A stretch of 48,669 nt of DNA, taken from the NCBI GenBank assembly GCA_043747705.1, contig JAYTOS010000059.1:1-48669 (forward strand), written 5' to 3'. Positions 39,123 through 48,669 of this stretch are shown piece by piece. Position numbers and translations under genes: made by a program. This DNA comes from Bacteroidota bacterium (lineage in GTDB: Bacteria > Bacteroidota > Bacteroidia > Chitinophagales > Chitinophagaceae). Position 1 is the stretch's first letter; the number at the start of each line of letters is the position of its first letter. The notes below the pieces were generated by a model. The model had not been told where the DNA came from. It did no database searches and saw nothing but the letters and a program-made list of their open reading frames with translations.

Positions 39123-40406
39123 ATGAAAGGTTATAGAACTACCATAACTGTTGTTATTATGTCATTAACCCTGGCATCCTGCTTCTTTAAGAAAGGTGGC
39201 AAAGCCAAGGGACTTCCGGATGATGGCCAATTACATGGAGTAGCACCAACTGCCAGGCAGAGCATGAATCCGCCACGTAATATGGTGTATATCCCACCAG
39301 GAACTTTTCATATGGGTCCCAGTGATGAGGATATCAGCTATAACTACACTACACGTAACCGCCAGGTATCCATTCCCGGATTTTGGATGGACGCTACAGA
39401 AATCACCAATGACGATTACCGCCAGTTTGTAAACTGGGTGAGGGATTCGCTCGCATTTAAGATACTTTTCGGACAAGGCATTAATAAACAGGATGATACG
39501 ATGGCCGTTGACTGGAAAAAAGTCGCTACCATTAAATATGACAGGAGTACGATTGAGAAAATGAATGAATTGAACCTGGCACCTGATAACAGGTTATATG
39601 GAAGGCCCGAGATTGATCCGGCCAAGATCAAATACCGTATTGAATATTTCGACCTGGCTGCTGCTGCCAAGAGAGAAAATGCCAACCTGCCCAAAAATAA
39701 TTTTATCAGGCGGGGCGACGAAGCCATCTATCCTGATACTTTGGTTTGGATAAGGGATTTCTCGTATTCTTATAATGAGCCGATGACCAAAAGATATTTT
39801 TCTCACCCATCATTCGGAAAGTATCCTGTGGTAGGTGTAACCTGGAAACAGGCAGTGGCTTTCTGCCATTGGAGAACACATATCCAGAATGCATACCTCG
39901 AAAAAAAGAAAATGGCGGTTGATGGCGATTATCGATTACCCAGTGAAGCCGAATGGGAATATGCCGCTCGTGGCGGATTAACCAATTCCATGTTCCCCTG
40001 GGGAAGCCCTTACCTGAGAAATAAAAAAGGTTGTTTATTGGCCAACTTCAAACCCGGCCGTGGTAACTATGCCGAAGATGGCGGATTTTATACGGTACCC
40101 GCCAATGCTTATTGGCCCAACCAGTATGGCTTATTTAATATGGCAGGGAATGTTGCAGAGTGGACGGGTTCGTATTTCTACGAAGGTGCGTACAACTTTA
40201 TGGCGGATATGAGTCCCGATGTAAGGTATGAAGCAAAAGATTCCGACAAACCGCGTGAGAAACGTAAGGTAGTGCGCGGAGGCAGTTGGAAAGACGTTGC
40301 TTATTTCTTGCAGGTAAGTACAAGGAATTATGAGTACCAGGACACGGCTAAATCATATATTGGTTTCCGTTGTGTGATTGACTTAGCTCCTAAAATGAAA
40401 AAATAA
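39123..40406 (+). CDS. gldK: T9SS/gliding lipoprotein GldK (PorK)
   Basis: Lipobox LASC, FGE-sulfatase fold motifs RLPSEAEWEYAARGG, NMAGNVAEW, RGGSW; first of KLMN. Confidence 0.92.
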   Translation: MKGYRTTITVVIMSLTLASCFFKKGGKAKGLPDDGQLHGVAPTARQSMNPPRNMVYIPPGTFHMGPSDEDISYNYTTRNRQVSIPGFWMDATEITNDDYRQFVNWVRDSLAFKILFGQGINKQDDTMAVDWKKVATIKYDRSTIEKMNELNLAPDNRLYGRPEIDPAKIKYRIEYFDLAAAAKRENANLPKNNFIRRGDEAIYPDTLVWIRDFSYSYNEPMTKRYFSHPSFGKYPVVGVTWKQAVAFCHWRTHIQNAYLEKKKMAVDGDYRLPSEAEWEYAARGGLTNSMFPWGSPYLRNKKGCLLANFKPGRGNYAEDGGFYTVPANAYWPNQYGLFNMAGNVAEWTGSYFYEGAYNFMADMSPDVRYEAKDSDKPREKRKVVRGGSWKDVAYFLQVSTRNYEYQDTAKSYIGFRCVIDLAPKMKK

Positions 40407-40517
40407 TCAATCGGCCCTAACCTTTATTTCATTTATCTTATTGAGTAAAACATTTGTTGGTCTGCATTAGTGGATCAACGTACGAGTGTAATTTTTAAAA
40501 AAATAAAAAACAGAAAA

Positions 40518-41276
40518 ATGGCAGCTGCAATTCCTCCTAAAATTTCTAAATGGTTTGATGTATTCGTCTCTATTGCCGCCGCAGTAGTTATATATGGTGC
40601 TTTACAAAAACTGTTGCACTCTGATATCGCGGATTTTATGCTGAAAGTGGGTTTAACGGTGGAGGCTATCATCTTTCTGGGTTATGGTCTTTTATATCTT
40701 ATTTACCCCGCCATTGACGACCATGAAGTGCATATTAAAGGCAAAGAAAAAGGGAATACTGCTTTAAATACATTGGATAATATGTTTGAAAATGCCAATA
40801 TTAATCCCGACAGCCTTGGCAAACTAAGTGCCAGTTTCCAGAAATTAAATACAACCGTTGCGCAGATATCAGATATCAGCGAGGTAGCAAAATCTACCAA
40901 TGATTTTTCTGCCAAAGCCAAAGAAGCAACCATTGCACTTTCCGGTATTAAAGACGCAGCCGATACCGCAAGCCATTCACTGGCAGGTTTCCATGGCGCC
41001 TCTGATAGTGCTAAACAGTTTCATGTGCAGATGCAATCGCTCAACAAAAATTTAGCGTCCTTAAATACTATTTACGAATTGGAATTACAGGAAGGCAATA
41101 ACCACCTGAAAGCATTAAACCAGTTTTACGGTAAACTATCACAGGCTTCCAGTGCCATGGTTAGCAGTGCGGATGATGCAGTAAAAGCAAAAGAACAGAT
41201 TGCTGCATTGGCTAACAACTTGGGTAAGTTAAACCAACTGTACGGTAATATGCTTACTGCTATGCAGGGAAGATAA
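40518..41276 (+). CDS. gldL: T9SS/gliding motor subunit GldL (PorL)
   Basis: Two N-terminal TM with GLTVEA glutamate, coiled-coil tail LNQLYGNMLTAM. Confidence 0.93.
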   Translation: MAAAIPPKISKWFDVFVSIAAAVVIYGALQKLLHSDIADFMLKVGLTVEAIIFLGYGLLYLIYPAIDDHEVHIKGKEKGNTALNTLDNMFENANINPDSLGKLSASFQKLNTTVAQISDISEVAKSTNDFSAKAKEATIALSGIKDAADTASHSLAGFHGASDSAKQFHVQMQSLNKNLASLNTIYELELQEGNNHLKALNQFYGKLSQASSAMVSSADDAVKAKEQIAALANNLGKLNQLYGNMLTAMQGR

Positions 41277-41346
41277 TAACCGGGACTTAATCCAGGCAAA
41301 GAAAATTCATTTTGTAAAAACGTATGTTTTAAAAATATAAGCGAGA

Positions 41347-42909
41347 ATGTCATTACCCAAGGAGCCGCGGCAAAAGATGATCAACATCATGTACCTGGTG
41401 CTTACCGCACTGCTGGCACTTAATGTATCTGTCGAAATATTAAACGCCTTTAAAACAGTTGACCGCAGTTTGATGACTGCCAGCGGTATTGCTGAACAAA
41501 AGAACCAAGACATATTTAAATCTTTCGATAGAAAATTTGATGATGTAAAAACACACGAGAAAGCGGCAATATGGAGGCCAAAAGCTTTGGAAGCAAAAAA
41601 ACTGGCCGATGAAGTTTACAATTATATAGAGACCCTGAAGGCAGAACTTAAAAAAGAATCTGATGTAAAGATCAAAGATGGTAAAGAAGAATATAAGGAA
41701 GATGACCTGGAAGCGTCTACCCGCTTATTTATATCCAAACCGCCGGAAGGAAAAGCAAGGGGAAAAGAATTGTTTGAGAAACTGAGTACATTTAAGCAAA
41801 AATTATTAGCTATTGACCCAGCTATTAAAACAGACGTAGGCCCTACCCTTCCACTGGATCTTTCCATACCCAAAAGCAATAACCAGGCAACCAACACAGA
41901 GTGGGCTTATGGTTATTTTCACATGACACCTACTGTTGCGAGTATTACTATATTAAGTAAGTTTCAGAATGATATTAAAAACAGTGAAGCACAGGTAGTT
42001 GAATTTTGCCATAAGGAAATTGGTGAAGTAGAGATTATTTATGATGAATTTCAGGCGTTTGCCGGAACCAACTCACAATACCTAATGCCGGGCGAAGAAC
42101 TGATAATCACTGCCGGTGTAGGTGCATTTAGTAAAGCGGCAAAACCAACGATTACAATCGATGGCGCAAACATTGCGCTTAAACCGGATGGTTCCGCTGA
42201 ATACAAAACCACGGTTAGTAATTCAGGATCAAATACCAAAAAAGTGCGTATCTCTTTCTTAAAACCTGATGGCACAACTGCCACAGTTGAAAAGGAAGTG
42301 AAATATACAGTAGGGGTACCATCAGGTTTGGTGGTATCAACCGATAAAACAAGGGTTTTTTACATGGGGTTAGATAATCCTTTAAATATAACCGGCGGTG
42401 GAGGAGGAGGAGATGAAAAAGTAAATGTAACCGTAGATGCACCTGATACAAAAACTACAAAAGTGGGCCCGGGACAATACCTGGTTCGTCCCGAAAAATT
42501 AGGATCCGCCGTTGTTACAGCATCTGATGGGAAACATACCCAAAAGATCACCATACCTATTAAAAGGGTACCCGATCCGTTAGCTACCGTTGGTGGTAAA
42601 GCAGGTGGAGGCAACATGGCCGCGAACGTATTCAGGGTACAGAAAGGGGTAGCCGCAGAATTAAGGGACTTTGTATTTGAAGGCGTTAAGTATGATGTGA
42701 TTTCCTTTACGATAGTTTGTACAGGTAAGGGCTTTGAAGAAAGTGGCTTTGGTTATGTAGAAGTAACCGGTCCTTATTTTAATGCGGAAGCCCAGGCTTT
42801 GATTAAAAGGTTACAGTCAGGTTCTACTGTTATCATTGATGAAATAAAAGTAAATGGTCCCGGTGGTACCAGGAAATTAGATCAAAATATTTCGTTTACT
42901 CTTCAATAA
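41347..42909 (+). CDS. gldM: T9SS/gliding motor subunit GldM (PorM)
   Basis: PRQKMINIMYLVLTALLALNVS signature. Confidence 0.95.
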   Translation: MSLPKEPRQKMINIMYLVLTALLALNVSVEILNAFKTVDRSLMTASGIAEQKNQDIFKSFDRKFDDVKTHEKAAIWRPKALEAKKLADEVYNYIETLKAELKKESDVKIKDGKEEYKEDDLEASTRLFISKPPEGKARGKELFEKLSTFKQKLLAIDPAIKTDVGPTLPLDLSIPKSNNQATNTEWAYGYFHMTPTVASITILSKFQNDIKNSEAQVVEFCHKEIGEVEIIYDEFQAFAGTNSQYLMPGEELIITAGVGAFSKAAKPTITIDGANIALKPDGSAEYKTTVSNSGSNTKKVRISFLKPDGTTATVEKEVKYTVGVPSGLVVSTDKTRVFYMGLDNPLNITGGGGGGDEKVNVTVDAPDTKTTKVGPGQYLVRPEKLGSAVVTASDGKHTQKITIPIKRVPDPLATVGGKAGGGNMAANVFRVQKGVAAELRDFVFEGVKYDVISFTIVCTGKGFEESGFGYVEVTGPYFNAEAQALIKRLQSGSTVIIDEIKVNGPGGTRKLDQNISFTLQ

Positions 42910-42917
42910 ATGTGTGT

Positions 42918-43961
42918 ATGAAAAAGTTTTTTTTAGGCGGATTATTGTTTGTGTTTTCCGGTTCTGTAATGAACCTTACTGCACAGAATTCAGGATACGG
43001 CAGAAATAAATCGCAGCCAAACAAGACCGATACGCTTAAGGCTAAGCCTGCAGCAACCGGTTCAGGTGCGGTCAAAACAAACAATCTCCCATCGGGAAAT
43101 CCAACAGTCCCTTCCACCTCAGGTGGTACAACCTTGCGATTTGATACCATTACACCCGGTGGTTTTGATGCCAAACCAGAGATTGCCTTGCGCAATAATT
43201 ATGCGGTAGACAGGAGCCAGGTAAAAGACCGTAAGCCACTTGAATACGAAAACCTGCGTGATGATGATAATGTATGGAGTGAATTTATCTGGAGAGAAAT
43301 CGATGCAAGGGAAAAAGTAAACCAATCATTCATGTACCCCGGTAAGGATGATAATGGCGATCAGCGTTTCTTTTCAATTATGCTTAATGCCATTAAGAAC
43401 GACAGTGTAACCGCTTTTTCATCTGATAATGACAGGTTTACTATTCCACTAACGAACGACCAGGTATTTAGTCAAACAGCGGGCGCCATGGATACAGTTG
43501 ATGTGCCGGATCCTGTTACCGGTACGGTTGAACGTGTTATTACCAAGAAACCTAAATTCAGTCCTGATTCAGTCTATACTTTCCGGATAAAAGAACAGCT
43601 GATTTTTGACAAAGAAGCCAGCAGGTTATTTACCAGGATTATTGGAATTGCACCCATAGCGAAACAGGTCGTTGGCGGCAAATCGCAACCCCGTTTACTC
43701 TTCTGGATCTATTACCCCGACCTTCGTAAAACACTGGCAAAAGTGGATGTATACAATCCTAAAAATTTTGCCAGCCGTATGACCTGGGAAGAATTATTCG
43801 AAAGCAGGTTCTTTAGCAGTTATATTATCAAGTCTAGTGCCAATAATCCGGGTGACCGTTATCTGAGTGCCATGATTAAAGACCCATTATTTCGTTTACT
43901 GGAGGGGGATAATATCAAACAAAGGATATTTAACTATGAGCAGGATCTCTGGCAATATTAA
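42918..43961 (+). CDS. gldN: T9SS/gliding protein GldN (PorN)
   Basis: WREID.REKVN, FDKE, LFWIYYP, RFFSSYI, YEQDLW. Confidence 0.92.
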   Translation: MKKFFLGGLLFVFSGSVMNLTAQNSGYGRNKSQPNKTDTLKAKPAATGSGAVKTNNLPSGNPTVPSTSGGTTLRFDTITPGGFDAKPEIALRNNYAVDRSQVKDRKPLEYENLRDDDNVWSEFIWREIDAREKVNQSFMYPGKDDNGDQRFFSIMLNAIKNDSVTAFSSDNDRFTIPLTNDQVFSQTAGAMDTVDVPDPVTGTVERVITKKPKFSPDSVYTFRIKEQLIFDKEASRLFTRIIGIAPIAKQVVGGKSQPRLLFWIYYPDLRKTLAKVDVYNPKNFASRMTWEELFESRFFSSYIIKSSANNPGDRYLSAMIKDPLFRLLEGDNIKQRIFNYEQDLWQY

Positions 43962-43983
43962 AATATTACTGCAAGTGTTTATT

Positions 43984-44009
43984 AAAAGAGGCTTAAATAG
44001 CCTCTTTTT
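43984..44009. terminator. Bidirectional Rho-independent terminator after gldN
   Basis: AAAAGAGGCT-TAAAT-AGCCTCTTTTT. Confidence 0.85.
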
Positions 44010-44086
44010 CTATGATTATACTACAAGCTGTAATATTTATTTGGAGGTTTAATTGGTAGTTTCATTACAATACTTATCTTCGTTAC

Positions 44087-44147
44087 GGTTTTTCATAGGA
44101 TATTGGATTTTAAAACGGGGCTGGATTTTCATCCTGGCCCCTTTTTT
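44087..44147 (+). ncRNA. Candidate small RNA with own promoter and terminator
   Basis: TTG-N19-TATCTTCG promoter (44053-44082), about 30-nt single-stranded 5' part, GGGGCTGGAT-TTTC-ATCCTGGCCCC hairpin + T6; no ORF. Confidence 0.5.
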
Positions 44148-45957
44148 ATTTTTCAGCTCCGCTAAAATGGTTCCGTAACAACCTGGCCTTCGATTTTCCA
44201 ACCACAGCTGCCAGCTCCTCCTCCTTTTTTTCTTTTACCTTTTTAACCGATTTGTATTCTTTTAATAATTGCTGAACAGTAGATTCACCAATGCCGGGAA
44301 TGGATTCCAGCTCATTTTTGAACGTGCCTTTGGAACGTTTATTACGATGGAAGGTGATACCGAAACGATGTACCTCATCCCTGATGCGCCTTACCAATTT
44401 TAAACTATCACTATCCCAGGGTAATTTGATGGATTCTGTATCTCCCGGAAAAAATAACTCTTCCTCATTTTTAGCGAGGCCTACCACCGTTATCCTGTTC
44501 ACCAGATCCAGTTCTTTTATACTTTCCATAGCTGCACTTAGCTGGCCTTTACCGCCATCAATAATTACCAGCTTGGGAAAAGGCTGGGCTTCTGCCAATA
44601 ATCTTTTATACCTTCTTGATACGACTTCTTTCATCGTAGCAAAATCGTTAATGCCCTCTACCGTTTTTACATTATAATGCCGGTAATCCGCTTTACTGGG
44701 CACCCCATCTTTAAAGCATACCATGGCTGATACCGGATAACTGCCCTGAAAATTAGAGTTATCAAAACATTCAATATGATCCGGCACTTCGGATAATTGC
44801 AAATAAGCCTGCAGCTCATACAATACTTTTTTCTTTTCCATGTCTGTCTTGCCTTCCAGGTGCAATGTCTTTTTCTTCCTGATCTCCTCTTTGAAATAAG
44901 CCACATTTTTTACAGACAGTTCAAGTAATTTCTTTTTATCACCACCCCGGGGTATGGTGATGGTTATATTTTTATCGGGATAATCAATAGCAAAGGGAAC
45001 TATTACTTCATTGGCCAGACTGTTAAAATCTGTTCTCAGGTTTAGTATGGCAAAACTGAGTACTTCTTCTTCTGTTTCTTCCAGTTTGGTTTCTAAGGGT
45101 ACCGTATGTGTTTGAACGATGGTTCCGTTTTGTACCATCAGGTAATTCACATAAGCCAGGTTATCATCTTTCAAAATAGAAAATACATCTATATTGGAGA
45201 GATGGCTGCTGACGACCACAGATTTCGATTGATAACTTTCGAGGTGCTCGATTTTTTTTCTTACCTCACCTGCTTTCTCAAACAAAAGCTGACCGGCCAG
45301 TTCCTTCATATCGGCTTTAAAATGATTGATCACAGAGCCAAGATTGCCTTTTAGGATATTTCTTACCTGCTGCAGCCCCTCATCATAATCATTGTTAGTT
45401 TGTAGGCCTTCACAGGGGCCTTTGCAGTTACCAAGGTGGTATTCAAGGCAAACTTTAAACTTACCTTTCTCAATGTTCGTACTGGTCAGGTTAAGCTTAC
45501 AGGTACGTAATGGAACATATTGTTTGATAAAACTGATCAGGTCGCGCACTTTACCAGCAGAAGTAAAAGGTCCGAGGTATTCTGATCCGTCGGGTATTTT
45601 TTTCCGCGTTAAAAAGATCCTGGGAAAAGGTTCTTTTTTGATAACGATATAAGGGTAGGTCTTATCATCTTTTAAATTGATATTGTATCGCGGCTGGTAT
45701 TCTTTAATCAGTGAATTCTCCAATAAAAACGCATCCTGTTCCGATCCAACAATGGTAAATGCTATATGGTGTATGCGTTGAACCAGCTCATGTGTTTTGT
45801 AAGTGGTAAATGTTTTGGAGAAATAAGAACTTACCCTTTTTCGCAGATCTTTTGCCTTACCCACATATAATAGCTTATTCCCTTCATCATAATATTTATA
45901 GATGCCGGGTTGTTGGGGTATGGTATTGGCCAGCTGTTGAAATTGAGCTGCTGTCAT
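44146..45957 (-). CDS. uvrC: Excinuclease ABC subunit C
   Basis: GIY-YIG (PGIY, YVGKAK.LR.RV), CLEYH..C.GPC, DGGKGQ, RDEVHRF, HhH. Confidence 0.97.
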   Translation of the reverse strand: MTAAQFQQLANTIPQQPGIYKYYDEGNKLLYVGKAKDLRKRVSSYFSKTFTTYKTHELVQRIHHIAFTIVGSEQDAFLLENSLIKEYQPRYNINLKDDKTYPYIVIKKEPFPRIFLTRKKIPDGSEYLGPFTSAGKVRDLISFIKQYVPLRTCKLNLTSTNIEKGKFKVCLEYHLGNCKGPCEGLQTNNDYDEGLQQVRNILKGNLGSVINHFKADMKELAGQLLFEKAGEVRKKIEHLESYQSKSVVVSSHLSNIDVFSILKDDNLAYVNYLMVQNGTIVQTHTVPLETKLEETEEEVLSFAILNLRTDFNSLANEVIVPFAIDYPDKNITITIPRGGDKKKLLELSVKNVAYFKEEIRKKKTLHLEGKTDMEKKKVLYELQAYLQLSEVPDHIECFDNSNFQGSYPVSAMVCFKDGVPSKADYRHYNVKTVEGINDFATMKEVVSRRYKRLLAEAQPFPKLVIIDGGKGQLSAAMESIKELDLVNRITVVGLAKNEEELFFPGDTESIKLPWDSDSLKLVRRIRDEVHRFGITFHRNKRSKGTFKNELESIPGIGESTVQQLLKEYKSVKKVKEKKEEELAAVVGKSKARLLRNHFSGAEK

Positions 45958-46044
45958 AAGGTTGCCGGTTTATATATCGAATGATGTATATCAAATGCCG
46001 AAGTACTTACACTTAAACATTCAAAATTCCCTGTTCGATATTCA

Positions 46045-46632
46045 TTATTTCCATGGCGTATCATTCCAGTTAATAAAGTTTAACTCCGTTGAATGATACC
46101 CGTTTTTGGTTTGCAGTTCGCGGTTAATCCGGAAACTTTTAAACGCTTTCCAACTGCATTGTTCTGTAAAAACCGTATCACCCCTTTGGTATGCGCTTCT
46201 GATAAAAATACGTTTTACATTATTGGTTTCTTCGTCCAGCAGCACATCAATATTCTGTACTTCGGCATTGGGGTTGGTGGGCGAATAATTCAGTGTAATA
46301 CTCTGGGTGGCGAGGTCATGAAAAACAGTTTCTTTATACAGAGCCTTAATACCGGGCGAAGAAATGCTCCTCTCAAGAAATGTTTTCGCCAGCGCGATGA
46401 ACTGGTCCTTGCTTACTTGTACCGAATCTTTTTTGCCATCTTTTACAGTTATTTTATATATAGGATAATTACGCAGGTCAACATATTCTACCTGGCTTTT
46501 AAAAAACGCTTGTATGGGATAAAACTTACCTGTATCAACTGTTGGTAAACCTGCTTTTGGCTGACCGGTATTTGTATGGCACGCATTTGCGATAAGCAAA
46601 AAAAACAGGAGGGTTACCGATAGCATTTTCAT
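46045..46632 (-). CDS. Hypothetical lipoprotein (start 46632 preferred)
   Basis: MKMLSVTLLFFLLIANAC lipobox; TATTTTTG promoter box 4 nt before ATG. Confidence 0.7.
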   Translation of the reverse strand: MKMLSVTLLFFLLIANACHTNTGQPKAGLPTVDTGKFYPIQAFFKSQVEYVDLRNYPIYKITVKDGKKDSVQVSKDQFIALAKTFLERSISSPGIKALYKETVFHDLATQSITLNYSPTNPNAEVQNIDVLLDEETNNVKRIFIRSAYQRGDTVFTEQCSWKAFKSFRINRELQTKNGYHSTELNFINWNDTPWK

Positions 46633-46712
46633 GCGGCAAAAATATTCAATCAATACCAATAAAAAAGCCACTGAGCGGTTTATTCAGCAGCTTTAACTTA
46701 TATATGTTCAGG

Positions 46713-48221
46713 TTATTTTATCTGTTTGGTAAAGCCTAAACGCAGCCCATAGTCCATCAGGTATTCTTTTACAGGGTATAAATTGGAGTAAGTAGGCAAA
46801 TGCTGGTACCGTATCTGTGGGCCTAACTGCCATGAAGTGGAACCCGATGTATAAGTAAGGTTTAATCCTACACTGGTATTGATGTTCCATTTCCGGATGA
46901 AATCACTGCCATCAGTATAATGCTTGTAATCTGTAGACAGCAGGTAGGTATTATTATTCAGGGTTAAAGTAGGTTGTACAGAAGCCTCTGTATTGATGCC
47001 AAAATGTTTGCCCCGTAATACTTCCCACTGAATACCAATAGGCACCGATACCTGGTACACTTTATTATCCAGCTGTGTTTGTTTGTAGCCTGTATTGTTA
47101 TTATAAGGCGAATAGAAACTGATGGTTTCTATTCCGCGGTAATTAATCAACGAAAGGGAAGCAAGGTCATTTGTACGCGATTGGAAGGTTTCTATATAGT
47201 ACTGGCGGATGTTTAATTGCAGGCCTGTTTTAAGCTTCAATTTATTCGACATGTTATATAAAATGGCAAAGCCAACTTCCAATCCTACTGCCGGCCTGTG
47301 CCGCACTACATTATTTATATCTTGTGAATAGCTTGCATAGTTAATACTAAGGGGCGCAGCTTGTGATGCTGAAGAAGCTGCAGCGGCTGCTGCAGGCTGA
47401 ATAACTTCCTTCACTTTTTCATCTGATAGCCTTCTGTAACTGGTAGACGGGGTAACATACAACTGAAACCCGAATTTTGAATTCTTTACCCGTGGCCTGG
47501 TATTGGCTATAAAATGAAAATCGCGCAGAAAATCATCGGGGGTGGCATGTAATTCTGTGTTTTTTGTCACAACCCTGGTTGTTATTGTTTCTTTATTGCC
47601 CGTTGTAATCTCTTCAGGGGTAGTAGTAGTTATAGGTATTTCCTGTTTATTCAATTCAGCTGGCGGTGCCGCCTGTTGTGTATGTATGCCTCCCGATTGC
47701 GGAACGGTAACGGATAATTGTTTGGGAAGTATTTTTTCTGCTATCCTTAACCGATCGGCAGGAATTTCAGCGGATAGGGCTGGAAGTGAATTAGCAGCAG
47801 TATATTTTTTTGCGGTAATAATAACCTGTTCCTGGGTAGTTGTGTTTTCATTCAGGTTGAGGTCGGCAAATGTTTCAGCAGTGATCTTTTCAGGCGTAAT
47901 CTGCTGAAAATAATTATCGTTAGGTTCCGTAATTGTGTTAGCCGCTACTAATGGCACCGTAGCCTGTTTTGTAAGCTCTTTGCTGAGCAAAGAAGACTGA
48001 CTTTTTACTACTAACTGGGTGGGGTGGTTATTGAGCAGTGTAGAAATGGTTAAAGCGGTAATGATGAACAGCGAAATAAAAGTAAGTGCGGGCCAGGTTC
48101 TATATCCATGCAGTTCCGTACGTATATTCTTCCAGATATGATCAGAAGGATACATTCGGTGCTGTTTTACTTCATCCTGTAAAAACTGCTCTAAGTCGTC
48201 TTGGTACTTCTTGTCTTCCAT
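46713..48221 (-). CDS. Putative dual-membrane-spanning anti-sigma factor (N-terminal anti-sigma, TM, disordered tether, OM beta-barrel)
   Basis: PSDHIWKNI N-terminus, one TM, T/Q/P/E-rich linker, C-terminal barrel strands ending YGLRLGFTKQIK; directly downstream of ECF sigma. Confidence 0.72.
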   Translation of the reverse strand: MEDKKYQDDLEQFLQDEVKQHRMYPSDHIWKNIRTELHGYRTWPALTFISLFIITALTISTLLNNHPTQLVVKSQSSLLSKELTKQATVPLVAANTITEPNDNYFQQITPEKITAETFADLNLNENTTTQEQVIITAKKYTAANSLPALSAEIPADRLRIAEKILPKQLSVTVPQSGGIHTQQAAPPAELNKQEIPITTTTPEEITTGNKETITTRVVTKNTELHATPDDFLRDFHFIANTRPRVKNSKFGFQLYVTPSTSYRRLSDEKVKEVIQPAAAAAASSASQAAPLSINYASYSQDINNVVRHRPAVGLEVGFAILYNMSNKLKLKTGLQLNIRQYYIETFQSRTNDLASLSLINYRGIETISFYSPYNNNTGYKQTQLDNKVYQVSVPIGIQWEVLRGKHFGINTEASVQPTLTLNNNTYLLSTDYKHYTDGSDFIRKWNINTSVGLNLTYTSGSTSWQLGPQIRYQHLPTYSNLYPVKEYLMDYGLRLGFTKQIK

Positions 48222-48240
48222 AATATGCAAACATCAAACA

Positions 48241-48669
48241 CTACTTATTTTTTAACGCCGCCAGCCAATTGAATTCCTCTTTTGGTTTCTCGATAATCTT
48301 CTTCCTGATCAGGATTGCTTCGAGCATGGCTTTTGACCGGGTGTATTGGCTTCGGCTGGTACTTTCTTCAATATCCAGCATTTCACCAATCTCTTTATGA
48401 CTATACCCTTCCAGCGCATACAGGTTTAATACGGTCCGGTAGCCCAAGGGTAATAACCTGATGCACTCAATGATCTGTCGTGCCTGCATGATGGAAGGAA
48501 CGGTTTCTTCCTTTACCTGTAAATAATTGGCGTAAGCCAGGTCAACACTTTCGTTGAATTTTTTATACTTCTTCAAAAAGTTGATACAGGTATGCACCAC
48601 TATACGCCGGATCCATCCTTCAAAAGCACCTTTATTCTGAAACGTATGTATTTGGGTAAAAACTTTTAT
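48241..48669 (-). CDS. ECF sigma factor, 5' truncated by window edge
   Basis: Frame open to the edge: IKVF..F..KGAFEGWIRRIVV; region 4 LP.GYRTV.NLY..EGYSHKEI..STSRSQY.R. Confidence 0.92.
   Translation of the reverse strand: MKVFTQIHTFQNKGAFEGWIRRIVVHTCINFLKKYKKFNESVDLAYANYLQVKEETVPSIMQARQIIECIRLLPLGYRTVLNLYALEGYSHKEIGEMLDIEESTSRSQYTRSKAMLEAILIRKKIIEKPKEEFNWLAALKNK

Overview
Mostly core chromosome of a Bacteroidota bacterium; TAnnTTTG-type promoters, gldKLMN and gene content suggest Chitinophagaceae, which is an inference. Left part: a partial DUF5131 gene; a thioredoxin-ApbE-DUF4266-DUF3570 flavinylation/redox operon; an AmgK-like kinase fused to a RapZ C-terminal domain with MurU-like, WbpB-like and WbpD-like genes and a NagX-like gene; rfbB-rfbC-rfbA; a CarH/LitR-type B12 photoreceptor and an ECF sigma factor heading a crtI-crtB-idi-crtD-cruF-crtZ-crtY cluster. 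Middle: pfkB, tRNA-Arg(CCG), a GH32 fructosidase, TM2/DUF2752/MarC genes, a cobalamin-riboswitch btuB-CWC-cobC unit, an APC permease, TolC and an adaptor. Right part: gpsA, hemW, DUF4271, hemD, YyaL, gldKLMN, uvrC, a lipoprotein, and an ECF sigma factor with a dual-membrane-spanning (Dma/Reo-like) anti-sigma candidate. Best leads: (1) a signal-less ApbE that a +1 shift in an A7 run would fuse to the upstream exported thioredoxin; (2) an ORF-less promoter-to-terminator unit between gldN and uvrC that looks like an sRNA antisense to ATGAAAAA starts; (3) a heptamer-repeat element inside the cobalamin riboswitch; (4) a probable B12/light-CarH-ECF-carotenoid cascade with visible operator candidates; (5) the Dma-like anti-sigma. 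All family calls come from motif recognition, not database searches.
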